Positions 12,201 to 25,600 of a DNA stretch of 64,000 nucleotides are shown piece by piece. This DNA is from Tubiluchus corallicola (taxonomy: Eukaryota > Animalia > Priapulida). The position numbers were made by a program, and so were the translations under genes. Numbering within the stretch: the stretch's first letter is position 1; every line of letters begins with the position of its first letter. The stretch lies in contig JAQGDQ010000184.1 of assembly GCA_030141605.1 (NCBI GenBank), positions 186,001 through 250,000 on the forward strand. Direction: 5' to 3'. The notes below the pieces were generated by a model, which did not search any database, had not been told where the DNA came from, and saw only the letters and a list, made by a program, of their open reading frames with translations.

Positions 12201-15200
12201 CAAGCTTTTTGCTCAAGCAAATTAACGTAAACTATTTTTGCGCCTGTGTTGTCCCTAATGGTTGATGCTAACGCAGACATTAGCGATAAGCTTCAGTAAA
12301 TCAAATTAGTCATGGGAGAGCTGTATTTATCAACCAAAAAACGTAAAGTCTTTTGTTCTTAGCAGTCCTTAATAGAAAAAGTTGTTACGTTTAATTGGAA
12401 GTAAAAACATAGTTGTTTAGGCACAGTTGGGGAATACACGAGAATGACTGAATGAGTGAATGAATGAATGAATGAATGAATGACTAAAGAATAACCAAAC
12501 ATATAGTCGAATAAAAAACGAGCAAAACGACGAAAATACTTTAATATTCACAACGTGCAGACAGCAGAAAATAAATAATGAATGAACGAATGCGGAATTA
12601 ACTGATTACAAGAACAAATGAGCGAACGAATAAAAGTGAAAGAGACGAATTGATAAATGATCCGGGAATCTAAAAAAACCTAAAGCGGTATCTGTGCACG
12701 TCCTTTTACTCATTGACGAATGGTAGACTGCTCATTCCTAAAAAATGTTATATAGTACCAATCTCTATAAAAAAATTATTGTCGTTTTGCAAACACAATT
12801 GTGTACGTATTTGTTACTTGTTTTTATTTTTCCTGTGTACTGTTTTGTTTATCTTTTCCTTTGTAAACGAAAGTTGGTCCGGCTGTAGCTACAGCAGGTA
12901 TTAAATTAGATAAACAATTATAAAGAAAGTGTAAAAGTGCTCCATGACATTACCCTCCGTCTTTCTAAAAAAGAAAGAATTCCTGGAAACTCTTGCTGGT
13001 GGAGAGGGGGGAAGAAAAGCGACTGGGAGTGCGTGTACTCCATTTTTGGCTTCCTGATTAAAATGAACGAAAAATCAAGAAACAAACTGACAAGCAAATC
13101 AACCAGCAGCGTAGAACGCAAGTCTACGCAAAATCAAATTTTCCATGACAAGTTTAGTTTTCATGACGAGGCAAACTTGCTTGTGTAGGCCAGGCAAATG
13201 TAAATTTATTTATTCATGTGTCCTTTGCAATGTTGACATGCTTAACGTATAGAACTTGTTCTATTGTCTGCAAGATTTAAGTGCAGATGCACTACTGCAT
13301 GTGGGTTTTGTGCAGGGCTGGATTACTCTACAGGCTAATACAGGCTGCAGCCTAGAGGCCCTTAGGCCTGAGGGCCCATACTCTGCATTGCTGAATAATT
13401 CGCATAACTTAAAACAAAATTTCAACATTAAAAAGGAGGACAGGAAGTCTGAAAATCCAATTTTAAAGTGGCTTCTCATTTGCGATAAAGGATCCCTGTA
13501 TGAAGCATTTTATTTGAGACAAAGGGACTTTGTTTGAGGACCTTTATCTGAGATAAGGGCCCCTCTTTTAAGCCCTTTATTTGAAATATGGGGTCTCCGC
13601 TATGTAAATGTAGCTGAAATATATCACAAGTAAAAATATTCGAAACGAGTGCGAGCAAATTAGAGGGTGACTCTGTCTGAGAGCTCCCATAATTTTATTA
13701 GCCTAAGAGTCCCAAAAGGAATCCGGCCCTCGTTATGTGAATTATTATATATTAATACATGTGTTACGATGGCATATACTTTGTACAGTTTGTAAAATGC
13801 AGGTGTTTACTATTAATAATCAATAATTTCATGGCAGTTGTATACAGTTTTCAACAGCAGAATATATTTCGTGTCGTCTTACGACGTGTCGCAGTTTGTG
13901 ACATGTCGTCTAACACGCAAGGCTAACAAAGCACTAAAAACTTTTTAAAATACGAGAGAGCTCTCCTGAGACTTGTCATTATTAACATAAATTACGACTC
14001 TTAGACTATTCAGATATGCCTATTATTATTTTTACTTTCTTTAGTTAATTTTTTGTTCTGCAAGAGCAATTGTACAGTTCTGACTTTTTCTTCTTATGCT
14101 GTCGTTTTTACTCTTTCTCTAACTTACTATATTTCAAATCAATGACGTTTAGTTTAGCTACTATTTTCTGCTTTTAATGTTCTTGTTTTACACTGGTTCA
14201 CGCTGTTTTAACATTTTATCTGTAATTTTTTCAGCTGATGAGGCTCTGAAATCTGAAATATTCAGCCGGTGAAAGATTCTGAAATAAAAATATATAATCA
14301 TTGAGACTGTAAAGGGCATTACGTTTTTCATGTTAACTAAAAAGTTTGCTTACCTGTTCTGAAATTGACCAGAATATCGAGCAGAAAGACAGTGTCCGAT
14401 AAGCAGTTAAATATAACCCAATGCACACTGAGCTCGTCTGTCATAAAGAATGATATTGCTACAGGCAGGATTATGAGATTAGCCACGAGCAGGATTAACA
14501 TGAATAAATCCCAATAAAACCTGAAAATCAAACAAAGTGATTGTTATCTCTATTTATACTATCCCTATTAATAAACATTTGTCTCACCTGGTATTCTAAA
14601 ATGCGAACTATTTTTGTATTTGGTGGGATAAGGTCTAAAGTCTATAGAGCGCTGCTGCGCACTTTGCAGAACATTGTTGAAATCAAAGGACTATTATGAA
14701 AATAGCTGAAGTTTCGCCTTACTTTATCAAGAGTAAAGCAAGAAAAAAGATTTTTTCAGATCAGCACAGTAGCTACATTACATTTCAACGACGGGATAGC
14801 TGAGTGGTCACGATTATGCGCCTGCAGTTACGCAAATCTGGGTTTTATTAATAAAAAGGTTGGTGACCGCCAGAAAAACAGGTTCTTAGGGGTTTCTTTG
14901 CCAGCTCAGAAAATATGCGTACATCCAAACGTGGCCAAGACACCTCTGCTGTTTCAGTGTCTCATGTAAGAAGACTATCAATAATGAATATGTTTCAATG
15001 CTATCACGGCCATCAAGACAACAAGTAGTTGTGTTGTTGAGTGGTGGATCCTGACTTTCAGTGTGTTGAACTATACATAGAAAATGTCAATCATACTGCC
15101 AGTTGAGTAATCATGAGACTGTGCAGCAACATAGCAACAACGCCAATAAAAAATCATCGGTCTGCATTCTCAAGCTCATTAAAGTGTTTAGTTTTTCTTT

Positions 15201-18200
15201 AAAATCATTTTCACGAGCTATTTGGGGTTTGTTAAGCATTTAAGTATACTATTCAGCTTTTGCTATCGCGAGATGAATCTTTGTGAATATGATTTAAGGT
15301 GAGACGTTTTCATACACATATGAGAGTCCCGCCGAACACTGTTATTGTGCTTGCAATTTCGGAATGCACAGTGCCAAAAATATTTATTATAATCAGCACT
15401 AAGATTGAGTAGCTGACCGAAAGAAGTCGCCTAAACTGGCAGAGAAGTTTAAAGTCTAATCCTTGATGCAGCGTGTTTTACCTTTCATGTTCTTGGGAGA
15501 TTTAGCAAAGACTTATCAAGGACGTAAAAACACTAAAAAACAGAGAAAATAAAGACAAGTTGTCAGCAAAAATGAATGTCAGTCATTACGACATTAAATG
15601 CTTGTTATTTCTTCTAACGTCATCAACCTTCTAAAATCTGATGAAGGGCATACGTCAAGAAAGGTGCTAAACTGTTCGTCCCATCCTCCTATCTTCGTCG
15701 CTACAGCAGCCAAACAAGTGAATATTGCGTTACACAGTGCAATATTGATCCGCATGTAACTGCAACATTCAGCAATTTAAAACGATTCTAGGACTTTCTC
15801 AAGAATCTTGCAATGTTTGTGGTCGTGATGGAGGTTAAACAAGAATGTAAGTGGGATGTCTGAGGGTGCGTGAGCTGCATTAGCTGTCTGAATGTACCTC
15901 TAGAGATCTCTCTATCAAATTATTCATAACTGGAAGACAAATCAGTGTATTACTGTATATTATGTGGCATTTGGAGACTGCCATATAGCCAGTCTCAGAT
16001 CACTGTTATCTCTTTTACCAGCTTGGGTCATAGTTGTATATAATACCTTTAACTTTCTCACTGTTTTGCTTCGGGTACACAATTTAGACAGTATAGCTTA
16101 TTCGATCAAAATCTATAAACATACCGCAAATTTCGCGCCATCCTTTGGTAATTAAAGGAAACATAAACTACAGCATCTGAAGTTATTAGGTTTCTGAGGT
16201 GATGTTTTGGAGTTTTAGTGTTAGCGTCCACCTAATGAACTAATATTTTTAGTGTACCTTTAACTTGTACTACCATGTATTAGTTTACTAACGATTTTAC
16301 TTACCAGTAGGTTTTATTTTACAGTGGGCTTACTTCGCCAATGTTGTAGACCTTTCCAGCGTATGTTCACTAAAATAACTATTGATTTTAGCTGTGATAC
16401 ACCAGAACTGATAAGGCACAACCATTTATCTGACGGCTACTGAGCTAGAAACACGGCGTAAAGTCATAAGCCAAATCGAGACTTGAAGCCGTGGCCTAAC
16501 TTGCAATCGGAATTCGCATACCGCACGGCAGAGTAGGCCTAAATTCCTCATCATCAAAAACCGAAGACCAGAGTTAAGTCCAATTAACCCGCTTGTTCTC
16601 AAGGTTTATAAATTTTGGCGGCTAATTTGTGTACTGACATAATTAATTAGAATTACCCTTCTGTTGAATCGATAGATGGCTTTCAAATCTGCTCTAGTGG
16701 TGGGCCAGTAGCTCAAATAATCAAGCCAGAAGGTCTCGAGTCCAACTTTTCACTTTTCTCTTCCTTCTCTTCCTCCAAGTTAATTTCCATCAATACTAGA
16801 GCCCATTATCCGCCTAGGCCCTAGACACACTTTCAGATCGCTTGACTTCTGTTTTTGGTGTTGTGATCTGTCTTAGGTTGCCCATTTAAGTGTTCAGCAT
16901 GTGCTTTTGCTATGAGCAGCTCTCAACATTACATAGTAACTACATTAACATACTTGAAAAATTCCAGTTAATTGCTTAAACCTGTTGCGTTTGAAATCAA
17001 ATCGTAAGCTCCCGTTTGGTGTTATTATGTTGCAATTTTGTGTAAAATATTTATAGATTTACCGAATTACTGCTGAAATTAATTTTTAGCGTTTGACGAA
17101 TATTACAAATGTGATCGATTTCCAAGCAGCCATTTGGAAACTTAATGTCCTTGTAATACGAATCCAGTTGGTGTCTCATTCTTCTCAAGAATTTCCTTGC
17201 AGCAACGGCGCATAACTGCCATTAAGAAATTACCATCACTAATTTTCCCGCACAGTAGTAAATTAGACAACGTATAGGCAGTAAATTACGCCGCATAATA
17301 TGGGAGTTAGCGCCTTAGCGGCAAAATTCGCACTATATTGTGTAATCTGGCCAGCTTATCATTAGGCCGAAATTGCTTCTTTCCCTTGTTCCCTTGACAG
17401 TTATTATACTGATGCGGAGACTGTGGAACTCAGTAGGTAGAGAGATTAACACTCCATAAAAGGGATAGTTTATTAGAACGTTGATAGATCCATAGGCGGC
17501 AGAATAATGAAACAAAATGTTATGAGCTTGGTGGTTAAAATGTCTGCCGAATTCTAAATACCACTTTTTCCTGTAATGTAATAATTAAGTACTTTGAAAG
17601 AGGTCTGGTATTGGTATTGACTTATATATATATATATATATATACTTTGGTCGTACGTAAACAGTTATTTGACCAAACTGAAACAACAGTCTGACCAAAT
17701 GCAAAGGTTCAAAATTCTTAAAATGTTGTTTTAAGCCTACTTTTATATATTTAAAATGTTGTTTTAAGCCTACTTATATACGTTTTAAGAATTTTGAACA
17801 TTCGCATTTGGTCAGACTGTTGTTTCCGTTTGGTCAAATAACTGTTTATGTACGACCAAAATAGGCTAATGCCAACATCTTGGATTCTTAGTTGGTTATT
17901 TTCCACAGTCATACACATACAATCAAAAAAGATACTGTGTATACTCCATACATGTTTACGCGTCGGTTGCAAAATGACGAAATGCTAAATCTACCAACGT
18001 TTCTGGATTAGTATCCAGGTAATAGTCACAAGTCAAAAGTTATAGAAAAAAGTCACAGGAAACAAGCGAAAGAAATAGTGACAGAAAAAAGAAATAACCC
18101 TAACCCTAACCTTAAGCCCAACCCAACCCAATCCAGGACCCTACCCTAACCCTAATCCTCAGATATCGAAATGTTTTTCCCCATACGCGTAGCCTAATGC

Positions 18201-19526
18201 CATCATATATAAAATTCTGTGATCAGTATGTACAAGTCATGTATTGCCAGTTAATAACTTATTTAAAATATTTTTTGCTTTATGATTGTAATTGTTTATA
18301 GTACTTAAATTATGACTGACTTGAATATTTTTGTTTGATTACCCGACCTTCTTTCCTAACAAAACTCTGTAGTCTTTTTCAGCCATCATAAACTAATTGT
18401 AAAATCATAAAAATAATAAAAATTTAATCTTTTTTGTGATTTTTTTGTGTCATTTTTTTCCTGTGACTTTATTACAGGTCACCGCCTTGAATTACCCTAG
18501 CCTATTTTGCCAATCTTTAAATGTCCTTAGCAAAAAGATCTACTCAACTGAAAACATTTTATTTTGTTTGACTACAAACGTACTTCGACATATTTGGTAT
18601 TCGTTTAAAACTAAATTTGTTAATTAATCACTTGAGCTGATTAGTTCGTTTAAAATTTGTATGTTAATTAATCACATTTTATTCCTGAACAGTTTTTTAA
18701 AAAAAATCGCGTTCTGCGTTTTTGCACGCGTTCGCAATTTTCGTAATGGCGTATTTTGAGAAATTTCTTTCACTCTGGCTTAATTAAGCATGTCGAATTT
18801 TTGTTCAAGATCGAGTATGCAAGACTTACAGCAAAATTTGATGTGCACTGCAGACATGATAGAAAACTCTTTAAACAGTTTCGTAAAATTCCTGCGTGCG
18901 AAATTTTGCGTTTTGGTAAATTTCAGCAAATTAGTCCTGTAAACATAATTTGCATATTTTTATGCAAAAATACTTATAAGAGTAAATCTTTCTTCAATAA
19001 CGTTTGCTCAAATATAGAATTCGTGTCTGAATTGTGCTCTAAATAGAGGCCACGTATGTGAATGACTGAATAATACTGCCATGAATCTTAGTGCTGGAGA
19101 CATGAAAATGACCATTAAATCCTGAGAATATTGGAAGAAAGCGAAATTAAAAATCTTCGAGAAATATTAATTTCCACAGCGTAATATTTAATAGATGATT
19201 CCTATAGATATTAAAAATTTTATGGCTGCCAAGTTTCATATTCAAATTTTCGCATAATTTATTACAGTCGAAAACGTTTTCAGTCGCCTACAGTTAAAAG
19301 CGCAATCTTTGGCTAATGATCGGTGACAAATCTTTGCTTTCAAAAATGGAAGACTCGTACACGTAGTCATGTAGGTACAGTAATTGCTGAATCTTAGGGG
19401 GATTTCTTTGAATGATCGGGGTCACACAAAGTCTTATATTCGATTATAGCACGAGGTGGATTGATGGGCGGACGCGAACGTTTAGCTAAGGAGGCAGAAG
19501 AAAGGGAAACAGAGCGAGAGGGAGGG

Positions 19527-19623
<97 letters not shown>

Positions 19624-22600
19624 TGTATAGGCAAGAAAATAGAATGCCCCAGCTCTGGACTTCGAATGGGAGTTGGACGTGTATGTAAATGTAAATGTAA
19701 CGTGTCATATGAAGCCAAATGATTATTATATTGAGCACCTACTACATGTACACCAACATGGGCTACTAGCCTGTTAGGGTGTGTCAGTAAAGACGCCTCA
19801 GAAATTGGTCCATTTAAGAGTGATGCTGTTAGCTGTTTATTATGATCAGCGGAACCATTCTGTAAGTAATTTGGCTCATTAATTGCCACTGAGTATGTTA
19901 CTGCTTCATCAAGGGGAAATTTGTTCGTGCTTGGAGCTTAGGAATCATGTAGATGAGATATTCAGTTGAATACAAGCAAAATACAGCAACTCACTTATTC
20001 AGAGTGCTAGATGACTTGCTTTGAGCGCATTATAAAGTTTATAGTTTCTCATTATAATATATAGAATATATATAGTTTCGTCGTATTGGAAGGTATCCAA
20101 CTGTGGTATATTGGACTTTTTTAGTCAATGGTCTACTATTACTTTCTTTTTGGAGGTGACTATAATTATTTCGTTTTTCTTTTACACTGATTTTTACGTC
20201 TATTCGCATAACTATGGCAAAGCAAGAAAAAATCCTTTAAAACGAATTTAAATGTCACTGAGTATTAGATTTTTAGCCTGGAGGCTTTTCTAAGAAAGTA
20301 AATCGCCTTACCTAAAGTTGCTTAGTGGATGAATGATCCACTGGCCTGCAGCTTTCTGACGCATTTTCTCATTGTGCAGCGCCTTTTTGCTGCCAAACAG
20401 TTTCATAGCAAGTTTATTATCTGTTGGCTGAAAGATCGACATGAAGTGGGTTTGTATAAAACTTCTATTCGCTGCTGCGTCCAATTCGTCCGCAAAATCA
20501 ATTAGCGTTTCTCTCGGAGCACCGTACAAACTAGCCTCGTCACCTAGGAAACAGCCCTCTTTTTTCTCCTTGTCATCGTTTCCAGTTTTTTGCATCAGAT
20601 TGGGACTGAGATAGTCTTTCACTAGCGACACGGCGGACGCGTTTTTTCGTAATCGCTCACGTATCACGCGCCGCCCTAACCGCTTCCAGCGGCTTGTCGC
20701 TTTCACTTCTGCGGGAACTTCCTCGGGTTTTTCTAACACAAATGTATCTCTTTCACCCGTAGATGGCTCTGTTTCTTCCGGCGGAGACGATTGTATCACA
20801 TTTATGGTAATCGAAGTTAGATTGGGAGGCGATGCGGTGGTCGGAGAGAGGAGGGGGGCGCTTACCGGGTTGGTATCACTCGTGTTGTCCTCCTGAGAAC
20901 CACTCAGGCTTCCGTTACAGGCCACAGCAACTGGAGGAGTCTTGTTACCCGGTCTGACTACTGCTGCTGAAACACAAAATGATGTCACTAAAAACGATGC
21001 TGAGCATCAATTTTAAGTTAATGTCACAATAATCAAATATCTCGGGTATATTAAGAGATCGACACAATTTAAACATGAACATACTGTGTGTGTTACTTGC
21101 ACTAATTACTGTCACGGTACTTTACGCAAAGATGTCTTTTTGATGATACCATACAACTCTTTTAGGAAGGTGTCAATAATAGTAATTTAGGATTGTTCCG
21201 ATAATCATCTGGTAACGAGAACATTTTCAGATCCGAATGATTACATGTCAATTAATTTTTCTGTCAAATCGGCTTTTCTACAAAACAATAAAGGCTTTTA
21301 AGTACTGCTATGCTTTCATCACTTTGCTTCATATTTAACTACAATTTTTATTTGATTGATTATGGGTACTGTGTACAAACCGGTCTTCTGCATATTGCGT
21401 AATTTTTGTGCTTTGTAAGATCTTGTAAATGTTATCAACAAAATATCAACATGTTCTCTGAAATCTATTCCGATTTGAAGCCATATTAAGTATAACGTCC
21501 CATCCTATTTATGCAACTGTTACTTATTGTTCACGCAAACAGTAATAACTTTAAAATCCTATAAAAAGTGTATTGCACCTAAAATATAATTAAATGCAAG
21601 CATGCAACTAATGATCTATACTGGTAATTTCGCAATTTTTATAATTATTCATATAAAGTGTCACAGATTTCCGGAAAACTCTTAACAGAATAGATATATA
21701 TCTTCAAGACAAATCCACGCATGCGTAGACGTGTTCGTCACCAGATGTAAGTGCATCAACACTTAATAAGATATGTCATGCTATGACGCATTAATCTTGT
21801 AAACAAGCACATGTTTACCGTCGCCAAGATAAACACTATACCACATAACATTATACGCACCATTATATACACAAATATCTTCGCTCCTCCAGTATCTAAA
21901 CATATCCCACCGCACTCGGAAATCAAATGAAGAGAACTCGTAAAAAGAAACCTGCGGTTGCTAGGATTAACTTACGGCTAAGAATACCGCATAATAAAGT
22001 GCGTATAATATCATCTGATATGGTAATTATATCCTCAGGTGAAAGGATAAGCTGCAGATGAAGCAGGTGGAACTAGAAGGTTGGGCTTCTCTTCTTGATT
22101 ATTTCACTGTAAAGCTTCAGCAGATGTCATGAAATGCAACAGGTACACCGGGTTCTTTAATAACAGTAACACATTTGTCACCAAATGGCAAAATTAAGTA
22201 TTAATTATATTATCATTATTAACATTTAATGCATACTCGTGATACTCTCAATTTGGGTGCGCCCTGTAACTATTTGTATACAGAATGAATTGCTGACGTC
22301 ATGCACAAATATGGCTTCAGTTCTGAATAGATTGCACCTACGGCGATAAGAAGCGATTGGGGATTCGGCAGAAAAAGGGAATGACAGCGTGAAGCCTACT
22401 TATAACAGATTTTTTTCAAATTCTTTTGCTGGAAATTATAGCAGTAGTTTAGCGTGCAAAAAATGTAACCAACTGTTCATGATATTATAGCGATCGATAC
22501 ATTCAAGGTCTAGATCTAGGTAATTAGCAAATGGAAGAACAATTAACAAGAGCTTTTCAATTTCTGGTGTTCCCAAGGCTGTAATTTTGGTTAAGATGGA

Positions 22601-25600
22601 ACAGGCTACCCAGGAAGGAGCGTCTCTGCGTTTGCAGAAGAGACGTGCAGGACGAAGAACACATACCCACTGTGTCATTGTGCGAAAACTTTACATTTTA
22701 GGGAATTTTATAACAATTTGGACTTAGTAATATACAGACATTTTATAACAGTTTGGACCAACATAATCTCATGCATTTCGTTTATGAATGTTAAAGTGAT
22801 CACATTTAACTAACCTAACTTGCTGTTTTTGTAATTATCTGTAACAGGTGTGAATGGATTGTCACCAGTCAATAAATTTACTACTTACTATTACTACTTA
22901 AAGAACAGTAGAAATGACATGTCACTTTCCTGCAGCATCTCATTACGTCCTAGCTGTCTAAAGTATCCCTTAAAACTTGGTGATTTTATCGCATGTCAAT
23001 TTCATAGTTTGCCTCGTAAGGAACTTCAGTTTAATAATCTACTTATATTACTGGTCTCACTACAGTAAACGTAAATCTATGTCGAACAAGCCACCTATTC
23101 TTAGTGAGTATACGACCACTTACATCAGTTTTGCTATAATAAGCCAGTTTCATAAGCCTATTTCAATAATGATACCACTTAATCCTATGCCTTTGCACAA
23201 CAACATTAGTGCCAACTAAGAAGGCTCAAAAAGGTTATGCATAAGCATCGTACTCATTTTTGCTTTTTCAATTATTATTCTTGTTTTTGTTCAGCTTCGA
23301 ATGCACTTTTCCTTTTTTCGCCGAATGCATGAAAACTTTTTTGGACACGTTTGACTGGTCTACATCCACGACTAGAAGAGGCGTGGTTATCTAAAACAAG
23401 ACACTATACACCGAAACACATTTTTTATTGAATTCGCAGATCGACCCAGCACGATTGATGAATTACAAGGAGACAATATCATCCATTCAATATTATATTT
23501 TTGCATAAAATCCTGAACAGCATTTGATATGTAATCTAGACCGACATCATACTACAGAACTTTTAGTACATATACTATGGAAAAGAAACTTTTCAGCCGC
23601 TTTACTTAGTAATAATTACCTTTTTCATCCCTATTCAGAAAATTGGCTACTAGGATTTGTTACCAGCAAGAAAACAAAAATCAGCTTAGACATTTATTTA
23701 TGCTGCATGATAAGTTCAAAGGTTTGGGAAGACATCTCAACTTGATACCTACTGCAACATCATTTTCAATATTGTTATTAACGTCATTTATTTTCAAACG
23801 CACATTTACAGTCAAGTGAATCAATTAGAAGAAATTAGTAGACTAGTAGCAAAAGAAAAATAAATATTAAACACTGGCAACAACAACAACAAAAAAGCAA
23901 GGCCGGATATTATTTACACACAGGACGACAAAGCAATGAATTTGAAAAGACACCACATTCTCCAGCATATCTCTCGATTGATACTTTAATAAAAAACCAA
24001 AATTCATATTTTTTATTTAACATCTGCAATCTTTTGTTAAGTTTATTGTCACTAGCTGCCTAGAAGTTAAATCTTGTCCTTTCACAATGTTACGGAGATA
24101 ATACATGAAAATTTCTAAATACACCTTTCAGGGTAACGTTATTTTCCATAACAGTGACAGTTTTATACAACTTTATATCGTTATGGATACCTTGCCAATA
24201 TAGGATTTATCTAGTTTGGTATCTCAGTGCCTTTGTTGGGAGTCGTATAACAATTTGAGCATTTTGTCGAACTATCCTGACGAACAGTAGAAGTAGAAAC
24301 TTTTCTGCAGTACGTCATTAACCGAGGCTTCGTTTTAAATGAGCAAGCAAAGAGTTTGCAAAGAGTTTATTGCTCAAGATGGGCAGTGGGGTTGAATGAT
24401 GTCAAAGCAAGGCATGCCCATTGTCACAGCAAGCGCTTTTCTCAATAAAAGCATATTTAGCCTCAGTAGCAGGAATTATTTATGGGCATAATTATTTTTC
24501 ATGTTTTCGTGGACGTAAAATTGCTGGGATCACGAAAGCAAGAGTCGATGCTCTGCAGTGCTACATTTCGGCATAGGATAAAGCACAGAATGATGCTAAA
24601 ACTTCTGATACCACACTGATAAAAGAGACTAACAATTACTCTAATCCAGAACACTTTCAAAATTAATTACCTTTTACAGTAAGTTAATAGAGAATTAAAG
24701 CTAGAACAAAAAATCGCAGTGAAAGCATTTCATCGAAATTACTGGCGGCATTTCGGAAAAGAATGGATTTTTTCTCGCTCACGCTAAAGAAACTACCATT
24801 CTGTACGTCAAAATGCAGGCTACCGTTACAACTTAATGCAAAGTTATTTAATCAACGTCTTTTCGTTCATGTTCTTATTGCATTTTCAACTTTGTTACAT
24901 TTCTGTAACAACAGTATTAATAAATAAAACTTTATTATGTTTTATATCTGTAGCAACAGAAATTTACTTGTCTTTTAAATGAGACCGAGAATAATTCGAG
25001 AAATTTGCGTGTTTACCAAAGTCAGCAAAATAAACAGAAACTCTGTATAAAATCATTGGAAATCTAGCAAGAAACAGAACAATGGTTTCTGTGAAATGCC
25101 CACGTTTGTCTAGCAGGCTTTTCCAGGACTCGCCGCATCCTTTGAGTGCTTGGAGACGGAAGAAAGGGGCCAATTGGAGCCTATTCACTCGCCTAACATC
25201 AGAGACGTCTTTGAATTAAGAGAGTGGCTTTGCGAGTGTTCGAAGTCAAACACTTTTGTGGCGTCTAAGACGAATCTAATTACGTGGTTTCAGATAAGAT
25301 GAAACGTGAACTGAATTCGAAGGTTCAGCGATACAAGCTCATCTGTGAAACTGTGTGAATTGAGCAGAAACGAGCGATATTATTCAGACATTTTACTGGT
25401 GGCCGTCTGCAGATAGAGAATCCGAATTTTAAGCAAGTCTGTAGCAAATCAATAATGTAAATTCGTAAATCAAGTCTATTTTGCTATATTTGCTAATCAA
25501 ACCTATCTCTGGACGAAGAATCATACAGGCACGTACAAACTACACAAAGAATATGATAGTATAAAAGTCAGTGCCAATTTTTATTCATATTTGAATCAAA

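Noticed and set aside
14788-14860. tRNA gene candidates (A-box or B-box-like motifs here and at ~58330, 59650, 62560)
   Set aside because: No complete cloverleaf or matching pair of boxes; better explained as SINE remnants
20967-20988. GTG start of the 226-aa ORF given in the track
   Set aside because: It lies in the acceptor/polypyrimidine region; in a eukaryote the exon is better explained as spliced to an upstream ATG exon
21975-22075. Minus-strand segment ending in a gtaagt donor as an HCN upstream exon
   Set aside because: No ATG in the phase-1 frame after the in-frame stop; the ATG-containing frame ends in phase 0 and does not fit
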